Shown one piece after another: positions 46,332-53,994 of a stretch of 64,000 nucleotides of DNA. The notes under the pieces are model-generated. The model was not told the DNA's origin. It did no database searches and saw only the letters and a program-made list of their open reading frames with translations. A program made the translations under genes and the position numbers. How positions within the stretch are numbered: the first letter of the stretch is position 1; every line of letters starts with the position of its first letter. This DNA is from Patescibacteria group bacterium (GTDB lineage: Bacteria; Patescibacteriota; Patescibacteriia; XYB2-FULL-38-15). The stretch lies in the NCBI GenBank assembly GCA_041653675.1, contig JBAZEY010000005.1, positions 10,164 through 74,163 on the forward strand, read 5' to 3'.

Positions 46332-46869
46332 TAGAAAGAAGGAGGCCGTGCGCTACTTGTTCATTCCGAGTTGCGAAGTGGCGATGAAGAATGTGCTGAC
46401 TGGCACGACTACCGAAAAGCGCCTCATCCGCGGCCTCGATCTTTGGCGGGCAGGCGGCTACGACGCCATCATCGTGACGGGCGGCATCTATTTGCCGCCA
46501 GAACAACAGACGATCCCCTCGGGAATCTTGATGGAATACTGGCTCATCGAGCACGGTGTGCCAGAGAAGGCCATCATCTGCGAAGATCACTCACGCGATA
46601 CCTTCGAAAACATTTCTGGCGCCCTGACACTCATCGCCGACGACCCCGCGCCAGAATTCACGGTCGTGACCCACTGGCAGCACGCGCTGCGGTTCTGGGT
46701 AACCTTCCACCTCGCGCACCGGCGCAAGATTCGCCTCGTGCCGATGTGGTACTGGACCGATCTCAAGGGTTTTGTGTTGGAGTGGGCATTCCTGCTCGTA
46801 CATCTTCTCGATCGAAACGGAACCGGCCGGATCGCCACTCGGAACCGCGACAGTCACAACAAGTCGTAA
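46327..46869 (+). CDS. DUF218 (YdcF/ElyC/SanA-like) domain protein (GC island 4, cassette 2). True start probably downstream of the AAGGAGG at 46339-46345 (TTG 46356 or ATG 46384).
   Basis: DUF218 hallmarks ...YDAIIVTGGI... and ...CEDHSRDTFEN... GC-rich. The coordinates given are the track ORF. Confidence 0.5.
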   Translation: MTRKKEAVRYLFIPSCEVAMKNVLTGTTTEKRLIRGLDLWRAGGYDAIIVTGGIYLPPEQQTIPSGILMEYWLIEHGVPEKAIICEDHSRDTFENISGALTLIADDPAPEFTVVTHWQHALRFWVTFHLAHRRKIRLVPMWYWTDLKGFVLEWAFLLVHLLDRNGTGRIATRNRDSHNKS

Positions 46870-46889
46870 AACAATTCGGCCACGGCCGG

Positions 46890-46919
46890 ATAGAGCCTTC
46901 GACAAGCTCTCTTTTTTTA
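46890..46919 (+). terminator. Second copy of the AGAGCCTTCGACAAGCTCTC plus T7 terminator
   Basis: 19/19 identity of the stem-loop with 46241-46261. Confidence 0.65.
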
Positions 46920-47519
46920 TTTTAATTTTTTAAAAAAATCATCTATCGGAGGCTTAAAATATTCTTTGAATAACGGATCAATAAATTTATATTTTTCTCC
47001 CCTCTTTTGCATTTTGTATTTTTTCGGCCCGACTATGTCGGCCATAATTGAATCAACGATTCTTTCTTTTTCATTTTGATTTATTTTGTATTTTTGAATA
47101 TATGACTCAATCGCGAGGTGGACAATCTCGTGCAAAAGTGTGTTCAGCGGCGACACCGCGTTTATATTAAGAATGATTTTGTCTGGCGGAACATAAGATC
47201 CACCGACTCCGTATTTCGTGAGAATTAATTGATAACTTTTTCTTATTTTTTTACCGCATATTTTTCCTAGTCGGCCGTAGAAATCTTTTTCTATTTTTGA
47301 AAAATTTTTCTTGGCCGCGTCCGCGGCTTTTTTATAATCTCTTTCTTTGTATTCTTTTCTGAGTGCGGTGTATATTTTTTCCAAACTATCAATTTTTGGA
47401 TTAATATTTTTTGGAAAACAGGGAATATATCCAAATTTTTTATACCAGGAAAATTTTTTTACGGCACTTTGAATCCGTTGTTTCTCCGTATTAATGTTGT
47501 ATTTTATCTCTAGCGGCAT
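46917..47519 (-). CDS. Hypothetical protein with HExxH motif (possible metallopeptidase-like)
   Basis: ...NTLLHEIVHLAIESY... 200 aa, K-rich. No confident family. Confidence 0.35.
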   Translation of the reverse strand: MPLEIKYNINTEKQRIQSAVKKFSWYKKFGYIPCFPKNINPKIDSLEKIYTALRKEYKERDYKKAADAAKKNFSKIEKDFYGRLGKICGKKIRKSYQLILTKYGVGGSYVPPDKIILNINAVSPLNTLLHEIVHLAIESYIQKYKINQNEKERIVDSIMADIVGPKKYKMQKRGEKYKFIDPLFKEYFKPPIDDFFKKLK

Positions 47520-47527
47520 GCTATTTT

Positions 47528-48094
47528 TTATCTAAATTTAATCGGCACAATTAGCGAATCGGCGTGTTCCGGAAGGCCGGAGGGATTGTCTTTTTCCAAA
47601 ACTAAAGTACCGGTCGCTGTCGTCGGCGCGGCAAATTCCAAAGTTGCTTTGAATGGCACAAAATTTTCTGTCATCCATTCGCCTTGCGCTTGGGCCGGAA
47701 TAGCAGCAAGTTGCACGCCATTTGCGTCAAAAAGTTTGACCGGAAAACTGGCTTCAAAATACCAAGTGCCGCGTGCCTCGCCGGTAATTTCTAATGGGCT
47801 CGTGATAATTGCATTCGGTCGCGGCGCGTCAATCCTGATTAAATCTGTTTTTTCTAATTCATTTCCAATGTATTCTACAAAATTTTTGTCGCCTGCCCGG
47901 CATTGGCGCGGATAAGATTCCATAACCGGATTTCCGGCGGCAACGCATTCTTCAAAGTTTGTGACTGTGATAACTGGCGTATTTTGATTTTCATTTCCAA
48001 CCGGCGGAGTTGTTTTATAAAAATTGTAGTAATAAAATACTCCGCCCAAAAGTAGAATGAGAACGATTAATAAAAGCGCGATTCTTGTTTTCAT
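47528..48094 (-). CDS. Secreted protein with N-terminal TM/signal and Ig-like (Gmad2-type?) domain
   Basis: MKTRIALLLIVLILLLGGVFYYY... then a beta-rich domain. The family guess is weak. Confidence 0.35.
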   Translation of the reverse strand: MKTRIALLLIVLILLLGGVFYYYNFYKTTPPVGNENQNTPVITVTNFEECVAAGNPVMESYPRQCRAGDKNFVEYIGNELEKTDLIRIDAPRPNAIITSPLEITGEARGTWYFEASFPVKLFDANGVQLAAIPAQAQGEWMTENFVPFKATLEFAAPTTATGTLVLEKDNPSGLPEHADSLIVPIKFR

Positions 48095-48100
48095 AGTTTT

Positions 48101-48319
48101 TTAAATTATTTCTAAAACCTTTTGTCGTGAAGTAAATCCAGAGACAATTCTAACGCGCGACGGCGCGATTTTAAAATATTCAGCGACAGCTTTAATAATC
48201 GCTTGATTTGCCAAACCCTTAACTGGCGGCGCGGTAACTGAAACATTAAAATTGTTTTCGCGAACGCGCTCCACCAAATCCTCATGCGCTCTCGGTTTTG
48301 CATTTATAAAAATTTTCAT
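48101..48319 (-). CDS. DUF167 (YggU) family protein
   Basis: 72 aa. MKIFINAKPRA...VSVTAPPVKGLANQAIIKAVAEYFKIAPSRVRIVSG... Confidence 0.65.
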   Translation of the reverse strand: MKIFINAKPRAHEDLVERVRENNFNVSVTAPPVKGLANQAIIKAVAEYFKIAPSRVRIVSGFTSRQKVLEII

Positions 48320-49033
48320 TTAATTTTTTGCCGAGGCGGCGAGATAACTCGCGACAATCGCCGCGGTCTCGGCCCGCAAGGTTAATTTTCCTAAACTTAC
48401 AATCTGAAAATTTTTCTCTTGAACTAATTTAACTTCTTCCTCATCCCAGCCGCCTTCCGGACCAATCCAAATTCCCACTCGCCGACCGACATCAACTGTT
48501 AATTTTCTTTGTTCAAACTTTGGCGCGTGAATTTCAAAAAATAAATTGGAATCATTTTCTTCGGCGTGATGAATTGCTTCACTAAATTTTAAAATCTTTC
48601 CCACGACTGGCAAAATTCCACGGCCAGACTGTTCAGCCGCTTCACGGACAATTTTTTCCAACCGGTCCGTCCGTAAATTTGTTTTTATGGTTTTCGCGGT
48701 TATAACCGGAATAATTTCCGCCACTCCGGCTTCTACTGCTTTTTCTGCCACAAATTCAAAATTTTCTTTTTTTAAAATTGCCGCGTAAAGAATTGGTTTC
48801 ATTTCCGGCTCGGCGACATTTGCTTCCACTTTTAAAATATTTACTCCCACGCTTTGTTTTCCAAAACTCATAATTTCCGCGCGAGCCTCTCTCCCCTTTC
48901 CGTCACCCAAAATTATTTCTTCGCCCGCCCGAAGCCGCAAAACATTTTTTATTTGGTTATAAATTTCTTTATTGGCAATTGATGATATTTTTTTATCAAA
49001 ATCAAAATTACCGATAAATCTGTGCACTTTCAT
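48320..49033 (-). CDS. rsmE: 16S rRNA (uracil1498-N3)-methyltransferase
   Basis: N-terminal PUA-like region followed by a SPOUT domain. Length and profile fit RsmE. 237 aa. Confidence 0.75.
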   Translation of the reverse strand: MKVHRFIGNFDFDKKISSIANKEIYNQIKNVLRLRAGEEIILGDGKGREARAEIMSFGKQSVGVNILKVEANVAEPEMKPILYAAILKKENFEFVAEKAVEAGVAEIIPVITAKTIKTNLRTDRLEKIVREAAEQSGRGILPVVGKILKFSEAIHHAEENDSNLFFEIHAPKFEQRKLTVDVGRRVGIWIGPEGGWDEEEVKLVQEKNFQIVSLGKLTLRAETAAIVASYLAASAKN

Positions 49034-49036
49034 AAA

Positions 49037-49510
49037 TTATTTATTGATTAGATTAAAGGCCACGATCCCGAATGCCACGGCGACATTTAGGGATTCCTTT
49101 TTGCCGCGCATGGGAATTTCCAAAATTTTATCAGCCCGACGTAAAATTACCGGCGGCAAACCTTTTATTTCATTACCGGCGATAAGTGCCGTTTTTACCA
49201 AATCTTTTTTAGTTAATTTTATTTTTTGATATGGCACAGAGCGGCGTGATTGTTCAATGGCCAAAATTTTATATCCCTCTTTTTTTATTTTATCAATCAA
49301 CCTTGTCGTTTGACCAACCTTTTCCCACGCGATCCAGTTTTCCGCGCCCAGGGCTACTTTACTAATTTTTTCATTCGCCCGGCCAAAACGATCAACTGGC
49401 GCCGGCGTTATGCCGCATAAATAAATTTTCTCACACCCTGCCGCGTCGGCCGTTCGGAAAATTGAACCGACATTATGCGTACTTCTGACGTTGTGAAGAA
49501 TAACTATCAT
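49037..49510 (-). CDS. SpoU/TrmH-family RNA 2'-O-methyltransferase
   Basis: MIVILHNVRSTHNVGSIFRTADAAGCEKIYLCG...LIAGNEIKGLP...LNVAVAFGIVAFNL SPOUT motifs. Confidence 0.75.
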   Translation of the reverse strand: MIVILHNVRSTHNVGSIFRTADAAGCEKIYLCGITPAPVDRFGRANEKISKVALGAENWIAWEKVGQTTRLIDKIKKEGYKILAIEQSRRSVPYQKIKLTKKDLVKTALIAGNEIKGLPPVILRRADKILEIPMRGKKESLNVAVAFGIVAFNLINK

Positions 49511-49977
49511 CTATTCAAGCTCCAAATCACGTAAGTTAAATAAGTAGCGAAAGTCGTCCAGGCGGCGTACGGCATTATAAGTGTTGATGCTAAACGAGAA
49601 ACTGGCCAGATTAAAATAATCAAAACAATGACACTCGCGCCTAAAAATCCGGCTTCCCAGACCGCGGCGCCAAGCCAATGGCGATTAAAAAATAAGTAAC
49701 TCCAAAAAATATTGAACGCGCCGTTCAAAATAAAAAATGTCGCGGTCCAGGAGAAACGTTTATCGCGCGGCGCCTTTTGCCAAAAAATAAGCGCGGAAAT
49801 CGCCGTCAAAATAAAAATAATCGTCCAAACCGTACCGATTACCGAGCCTGGTGGCGTAAAACTAGGAAGGTTGATAGTTTTATACCAATCCATTCCTCCG
49901 CCCGTGAGCCAAGAGCCGAACGCGGCGACTCCAAAAACCGCAAGCGGAATAAAAATGAAACTCATTTTCATTCTCAT
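49507..49977 (-). CDS. tspO: TspO/MBR tryptophan-rich sensory protein
   Basis: Five TM segments and W-rich segments (…GSWLTGGGMDWYKTINLPSFTPPG…). 156 aa. Confidence 0.7.
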   Translation of the reverse strand: MRMKMSFIFIPLAVFGVAAFGSWLTGGGMDWYKTINLPSFTPPGSVIGTVWTIIFILTAISALIFWQKAPRDKRFSWTATFFILNGAFNIFWSYLFFNRHWLGAAVWEAGFLGASVIVLIILIWPVSRLASTLIMPYAAWTTFATYLTYVIWSLNR

Positions 49978-49987
49978 CTTTTTAAAT

Positions 49988-50992
49988 TTAATAATTTTTT
50001 CCGGCTAACTGTCCGCAAGCGCCTTTTACTCCTCGACCGAAGCGATATCTCTCGGTTGTGGAAATTCCCGCGCGGCGCAAAGTTTCTTTAAATTTAATAA
50101 CGTCTTCTTTTTTTGACGGCAGAAAATCACCCGTCGGATTATATAAAATTAAATTAACAAAAATTAAATGGCGCGGAAGCTGGCTCAAGAGCGCAATCAG
50201 TTCTCTCGCGTACTCCGGCTTATCATTAAAATTTTTAATCATCAAATATTCAAACATCACCTTGCGGCTTGTCGCCTCAAGATATTCTCCAACCGCCGCC
50301 ATAATTTTTTTAATACTATATTTTTTTCCAACCGGCATAATTTCATTTCTCAATTTGTCGTTTGGCGCGTGAAGAGAAATTGCCAAATTAATCTGCATTG
50401 ACTCTTTGGTAAGTTTTCTTATTCCTTCCACTACTCCGGCCGTGGAAATAGAGATGTGCCGAGCGCCAATTCCAAAACCGCTCGGATCATTCAAAATTTT
50501 TATCGCAGACAAGACATTTTCATAATTCAAAAACGGTTCACCCATTCCCATAAAAACAACGCTATCTACTTTTTGTTTTTCCCTTTTCAAAAATCTCGCC
50601 GAGCATATTATTTGCTCAATAATTTCTCCCGGCAAAAGATTCCTTTTAAACCCCATCTTCCCCGTGGCGCAAAAAGCGCAAGCCAAGGGACAACCGACTT
50701 CTGATGAAACGCAAACTGTATTCCGTTCTTCATGGCGCATTAGGACAGATTCAATTTTAAAACCATCAGCGAGTGTAATCAAAAATTTTATCGTCGCGCC
50801 GTCGTTAGAAATAAATTTTTTAAAATCAATCTGGAGCGAACATTCTTTATTTAATTTTTCGCGCAACGCTGCCGGCAAATTCGTCGCCTCATTCCAATTT
50901 TCAATCAACTTAGAAAAAACCGCCTCCCGCGCCTGTTTTAAGCGATAAGCCGGTTCATCCGCAAAAATTTTTTCTAGTTTTTCTAAATTCAT
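49988..50992 (-). CDS. rlmN: 23S rRNA (adenine2503-C2)-methyltransferase (radical SAM)
   Basis: Radical SAM CPLACAFCATG motif, the RlmN N-terminal domain, and C-terminal ...GACGQL... 334 aa. Confidence 0.9.
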   Translation of the reverse strand: MNLEKLEKIFADEPAYRLKQAREAVFSKLIENWNEATNLPAALREKLNKECSLQIDFKKFISNDGATIKFLITLADGFKIESVLMRHEERNTVCVSSEVGCPLACAFCATGKMGFKRNLLPGEIIEQIICSARFLKREKQKVDSVVFMGMGEPFLNYENVLSAIKILNDPSGFGIGARHISISTAGVVEGIRKLTKESMQINLAISLHAPNDKLRNEIMPVGKKYSIKKIMAAVGEYLEATSRKVMFEYLMIKNFNDKPEYARELIALLSQLPRHLIFVNLILYNPTGDFLPSKKEDVIKFKETLRRAGISTTERYRFGRGVKGACGQLAGKNY

Positions 50993-51630
50993 ATTTTAAT
51001 AGCGTTACTCTTTTTAAACTTCCCAACTCTTGTCCTCTCAAGTTCCGTCAAATATCCTCCGACTTTTAATTTTTTCCCTAAATCGCGAGCGAGCGAGCGA
51101 ACATAAAATCCCGGACCGCACACAATTTTTATTTTTAAATCCGGCCAACGATATTTTAAAATTTTTATTTTTTTCACTTCGACCGGACGCTTTGTTAATT
51201 TTGGCGTTTCTCCGCGCCTCGCCATTTTATAAGCTCGCACGCCGTGAATTTTAATCGCGCTGAAATTCGGCGGCAATTGCATAATTTTTCCGCTAAATTT
51301 GACTAATGCTTTTTCAACATTTTGACGCGACGGTTTTTTTGTAAATTTCACGACTGATTTTTCTCCGCCTTCGTCATCGGTTGTACTTTCCGCTCCAAAT
51401 CGCACCGTAGCTAAATATTCTTTTTCCGTTTCCACAATTTCACGCAATTTTCTTGTCGCGTCACGACCAATTCCGACCACCAGAACTCCGCTAGCCAATG
51501 GATCGAGTGTTCCGGCGTGGCCGATTTTTTTAACACCCGTAAGTTGCCGCAATTTATGGATTATATCAAAAGATGTCGGGCCTTTTGGCTTCCAGACCGC
51601 GACGATCCCATTTTTTATTTTATTTTCCAT
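50989..51630 (-). CDS. truB: tRNA pseudouridine(55) synthase
   Basis: GIVAVWKPKGPTSFDIIHKLRQLTGVKKIGHAGTLDPLASGVLVVGIG catalytic-Asp motif. Confidence 0.85.
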   Translation of the reverse strand: MENKIKNGIVAVWKPKGPTSFDIIHKLRQLTGVKKIGHAGTLDPLASGVLVVGIGRDATRKLREIVETEKEYLATVRFGAESTTDDEGGEKSVVKFTKKPSRQNVEKALVKFSGKIMQLPPNFSAIKIHGVRAYKMARRGETPKLTKRPVEVKKIKILKYRWPDLKIKIVCGPGFYVRSLARDLGKKLKVGGYLTELERTRVGKFKKSNAIKI

Positions 51631-51632
51631 TT

Positions 51633-52214
51633 TTATGGTTGCAAAATATCTTCAGTTCGCCCATTGATAGAAATTATCACGTCCGTCACGGTCGGAAATT
51701 GTTTTAGTGTTTCCCTAATTTGCGAAGCAATCGCCGCCACCCGGCAAGAACCTCCAACTTGGAATTCCAACTGTTCGTCAAAATCAACATTAGCTATTCC
51801 GCCGGCGACAACTAAACTTTGAACCTTTACTCCCGGATTAATGCTCGTAAAATATCCTTCTGTTTTTTCGGCGTCAGTCGGCCCGGCGAGCAATTGTTCT
51901 AGTGCTGCCCGTCCCACTGCTTCAGTTTTCGGAATTATTCTTTCCACTGCAAAATTTTTCTGGCAATCTAAAACTTCCGGATCAAAAATACTATTGCCGA
52001 AAAAGACTTTAACGGTCATCGTTTCTTCTGTGTTTGTATTTATATTCGCCCCACCACATGGCTCGGTTGGTTTTGCCGCGCTCGGATTTCCGTGTTTTAC
52101 CCATTCGCCATCATCACAAATCCAATCGTCTTCGCCGCTCAAAAAACGCACACCTAAAACCACCGCACCAATCGCCATGACTACTACCAAAATAGTTAAA
52201 ATTGTTTTGTTCAT
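51633..52214 (-). CDS. GerMN-like secreted/lipoprotein
   Basis: Signal/anchor followed by a GerMN-type domain (…VKVFFGN…FDPEVLDC…). Weak call. Confidence 0.4.
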   Translation of the reverse strand: MNKTILTILVVVMAIGAVVLGVRFLSGEDDWICDDGEWVKHGNPSAAKPTEPCGGANINTNTEETMTVKVFFGNSIFDPEVLDCQKNFAVERIIPKTEAVGRAALEQLLAGPTDAEKTEGYFTSINPGVKVQSLVVAGGIANVDFDEQLEFQVGGSCRVAAIASQIRETLKQFPTVTDVIISINGRTEDILQP

Positions 52215-52225
52215 AATTTTTAAAG

Positions 52226-52918
52226 TTAAATATTTTTCATTTTATAAATTACGTCTTTTCTTTCCACCACAATTTCCCATCCAGCCTGCCGCGCATGATC
52301 GTATAATTTTTTATTCGGATTAAAACAAATCGGCCGGTCCACCATTTTTAAAAATCTAATATCGCTTTCCGTATCGCCAACCCCGACTGAACCGCGAAGC
52401 GTCAAATTTTCTTTTTCTACCGCCCGTGATAAAACTTTTGCCTTATCGGAAATCAAATCAAGATAAAGCATTTCGCCGGTAAATTTTCCGCGCTTATCCA
52501 CGTTATAAATCCGGCCGTAAACTTTGCTGAAACCAAGTTTCTTAGCAAACGCTTCCACAATTTCCCGCGGCGAGTGCGATATCGCGAGTAAATAATAATT
52601 CTTCTTTTTTAAATCGCGGACCAAATCACGGGTAAAACGATAAACGCGGTTATGATGGAAAGCGATAACTTTTTTTGCGACTTTTAAAAATTTATCGCGA
52701 CTAACGCCTTTAATATTTTTATTGTAAGCCAAAACTACTCCGTTAATATATTTATCATAAATATCTTTTCTATCCAGCCAATTTTTATAATCCCGCGCGT
52801 AAATTTTTCGTAAATGCTGGGGAAATAAACCTTCAGCAATCATTGCTTCAACTAATTCAATTAATAAACTTGATCTAAAAATTGTCCCATCAATATCAAA
52901 TATCGCGACTTTTTTCAT
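52226..52918 (-). CDS. HAD-superfamily hydrolase (subfamily IB-like)
   Basis: MKKVAIFDIDGTIF DxDGT motif and later HAD motifs (…GVGDTESD…). Confidence 0.7.
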   Translation of the reverse strand: MKKVAIFDIDGTIFRSSLLIELVEAMIAEGLFPQHLRKIYARDYKNWLDRKDIYDKYINGVVLAYNKNIKGVSRDKFLKVAKKVIAFHHNRVYRFTRDLVRDLKKKNYYLLAISHSPREIVEAFAKKLGFSKVYGRIYNVDKRGKFTGEMLYLDLISDKAKVLSRAVEKENLTLRGSVGVGDTESDIRFLKMVDRPICFNPNKKLYDHARQAGWEIVVERKDVIYKMKNI

Positions 52919-52930
52919 ATATTTTAAATT

Positions 52931-53686
52931 TTATTTTTCCACGCCCCGCGCCGCCCGCCGATAATTGCAATAATCACAATCGGCCGCTGGCTCAGGAATT
53001 TTTTCGCCGGACAAACATTTATGGGCATCGCTGATTGCTTGCTCAATCCATGAGTCATCTCCGGTATAAGAAATCAACCTGACATCAAACTCCAATTTAC
53101 CGTCAAAAGCTTCTTTGTCAGTGTCGCCGTTGCAATAAACAAAATATCCCGTGTCGGAAACTTGAAATCCATTTTTGCGAAACAACCATTGATAAATTTC
53201 CATTTGACGCTTATATCCAATCTGCCAGTCGGCATCAAGACTGACTTCTCCGTTTTTGGACGTTGCCTTATAATCCACAATAATTAATTCCCCGCTTGGA
53301 TTTACCCAAACATCATCAACTCCGCCGGTAATCAGCAGATTTGTTTTTTTATGCAAAAATTGAATCCCGCGGCGAAGTGAGTCGCGCCATTCTTCCATTT
53401 TCTCGTGTTCGAACGGGACAGCGTCAATGCCATATTTTTCCATCAATGGATGCGCGGTTTTTGCCGTGCGGTGAATATCAAATTCTTTTTTCAAAAGAGT
53501 ATCCACGGCCGAGTTTAAACTAAAAGGAAATCCCGGAGGACGCCCGATTCCCAACCGGCGATCCAGATAAAAACATCTCTCGCAATTCAAAAATAAATCA
53601 ATTTTCGATCGGCTGACCCTGAACGGTTCGCTTGATTTTGGATCAAAGATGTTTCGTGTTCGTATTGCTTTGTAATATTCTGACAT
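52931..53686 (-). CDS. PD-(D/E)XK nuclease-superfamily protein with 4-Cys cluster (Cas4/RecB-nuclease-like)
   Basis: N-terminal CERC, core ...VDDVWVN...GELIIVDYK..., C-terminal CDYCNY. 251 aa. Confidence 0.45.
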   Translation of the reverse strand: MSEYYKAIRTRNIFDPKSSEPFRVSRSKIDLFLNCERCFYLDRRLGIGRPPGFPFSLNSAVDTLLKKEFDIHRTAKTAHPLMEKYGIDAVPFEHEKMEEWRDSLRRGIQFLHKKTNLLITGGVDDVWVNPSGELIIVDYKATSKNGEVSLDADWQIGYKRQMEIYQWLFRKNGFQVSDTGYFVYCNGDTDKEAFDGKLEFDVRLISYTGDDSWIEQAISDAHKCLSGEKIPEPAADCDYCNYRRAARGVEK

Positions 53687-53785
53687 ATAAAAAATAATTC
53701 AAACTTGAATTAGTATTTGCTCCTTAAATTTAACATAAAAACAATAAATAAGAAAGACTCAATAAATTAAAAAGCAGCTTCACTT

Positions 53786-53806
53786 CTCGGGGACTTGGAT
53801 TTGAAG
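53786..53806. repeat. Partial direct copy (20/21 nt) of the tRNA-Gln 3' region, 127 bp from the tRNA
   Basis: CTCGGGGACTTGGATTTGAA vs CTCGGGGACTTGGATTCGAA in the tRNA. Confidence 0.5.
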
Positions 53807-53909
53807 ACTCCTCGGCGCAAAATTGGCAAGAACGGCCTTACAGGGCGTTGGTTCTTTCCTAATTCCCAAACAGAACAAAAAACTCAACGCAAAGTTGAAT
53901 TTTTTGTTT

Positions 53910-53983
53910 TGGCTCGGGGACTTGGATTCGAACCAAGATTACCAGGGCCAGAACCTGGCGTCCTGCCATTAGACGATCCCCGA
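53910..53983 (-). tRNA. tRNA-Gln (anticodon CUG), 74 nt, CCA encoded
   Basis: Manual fold: acceptor TCGGGGA/TCCCCGA, D-arm CGTC-TAATGGCAG-GACG, anticodon arm CCAGG-TTCTGGC-CCTGG, T-arm CTTGG-TTCGAAT-CCAAG, discriminator G plus CCA. Confidence 0.8.
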
Positions 53984-53994
53984 ATAATTATTTT

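Noticed and set aside
45883-46925. Antisense or alternative ORFs in island 4 (45883-46206 -, 45954-46238 +, 45969-46229 -, 46270-46590 -, 46371-46925 +, 46587-46905 -)
   Set aside because: Multi-frame openness of GC-rich DNA. The chosen frames are the ones served by the promoter/RBS/terminator modules, and for 46327-46869 by DUF218 motifs.
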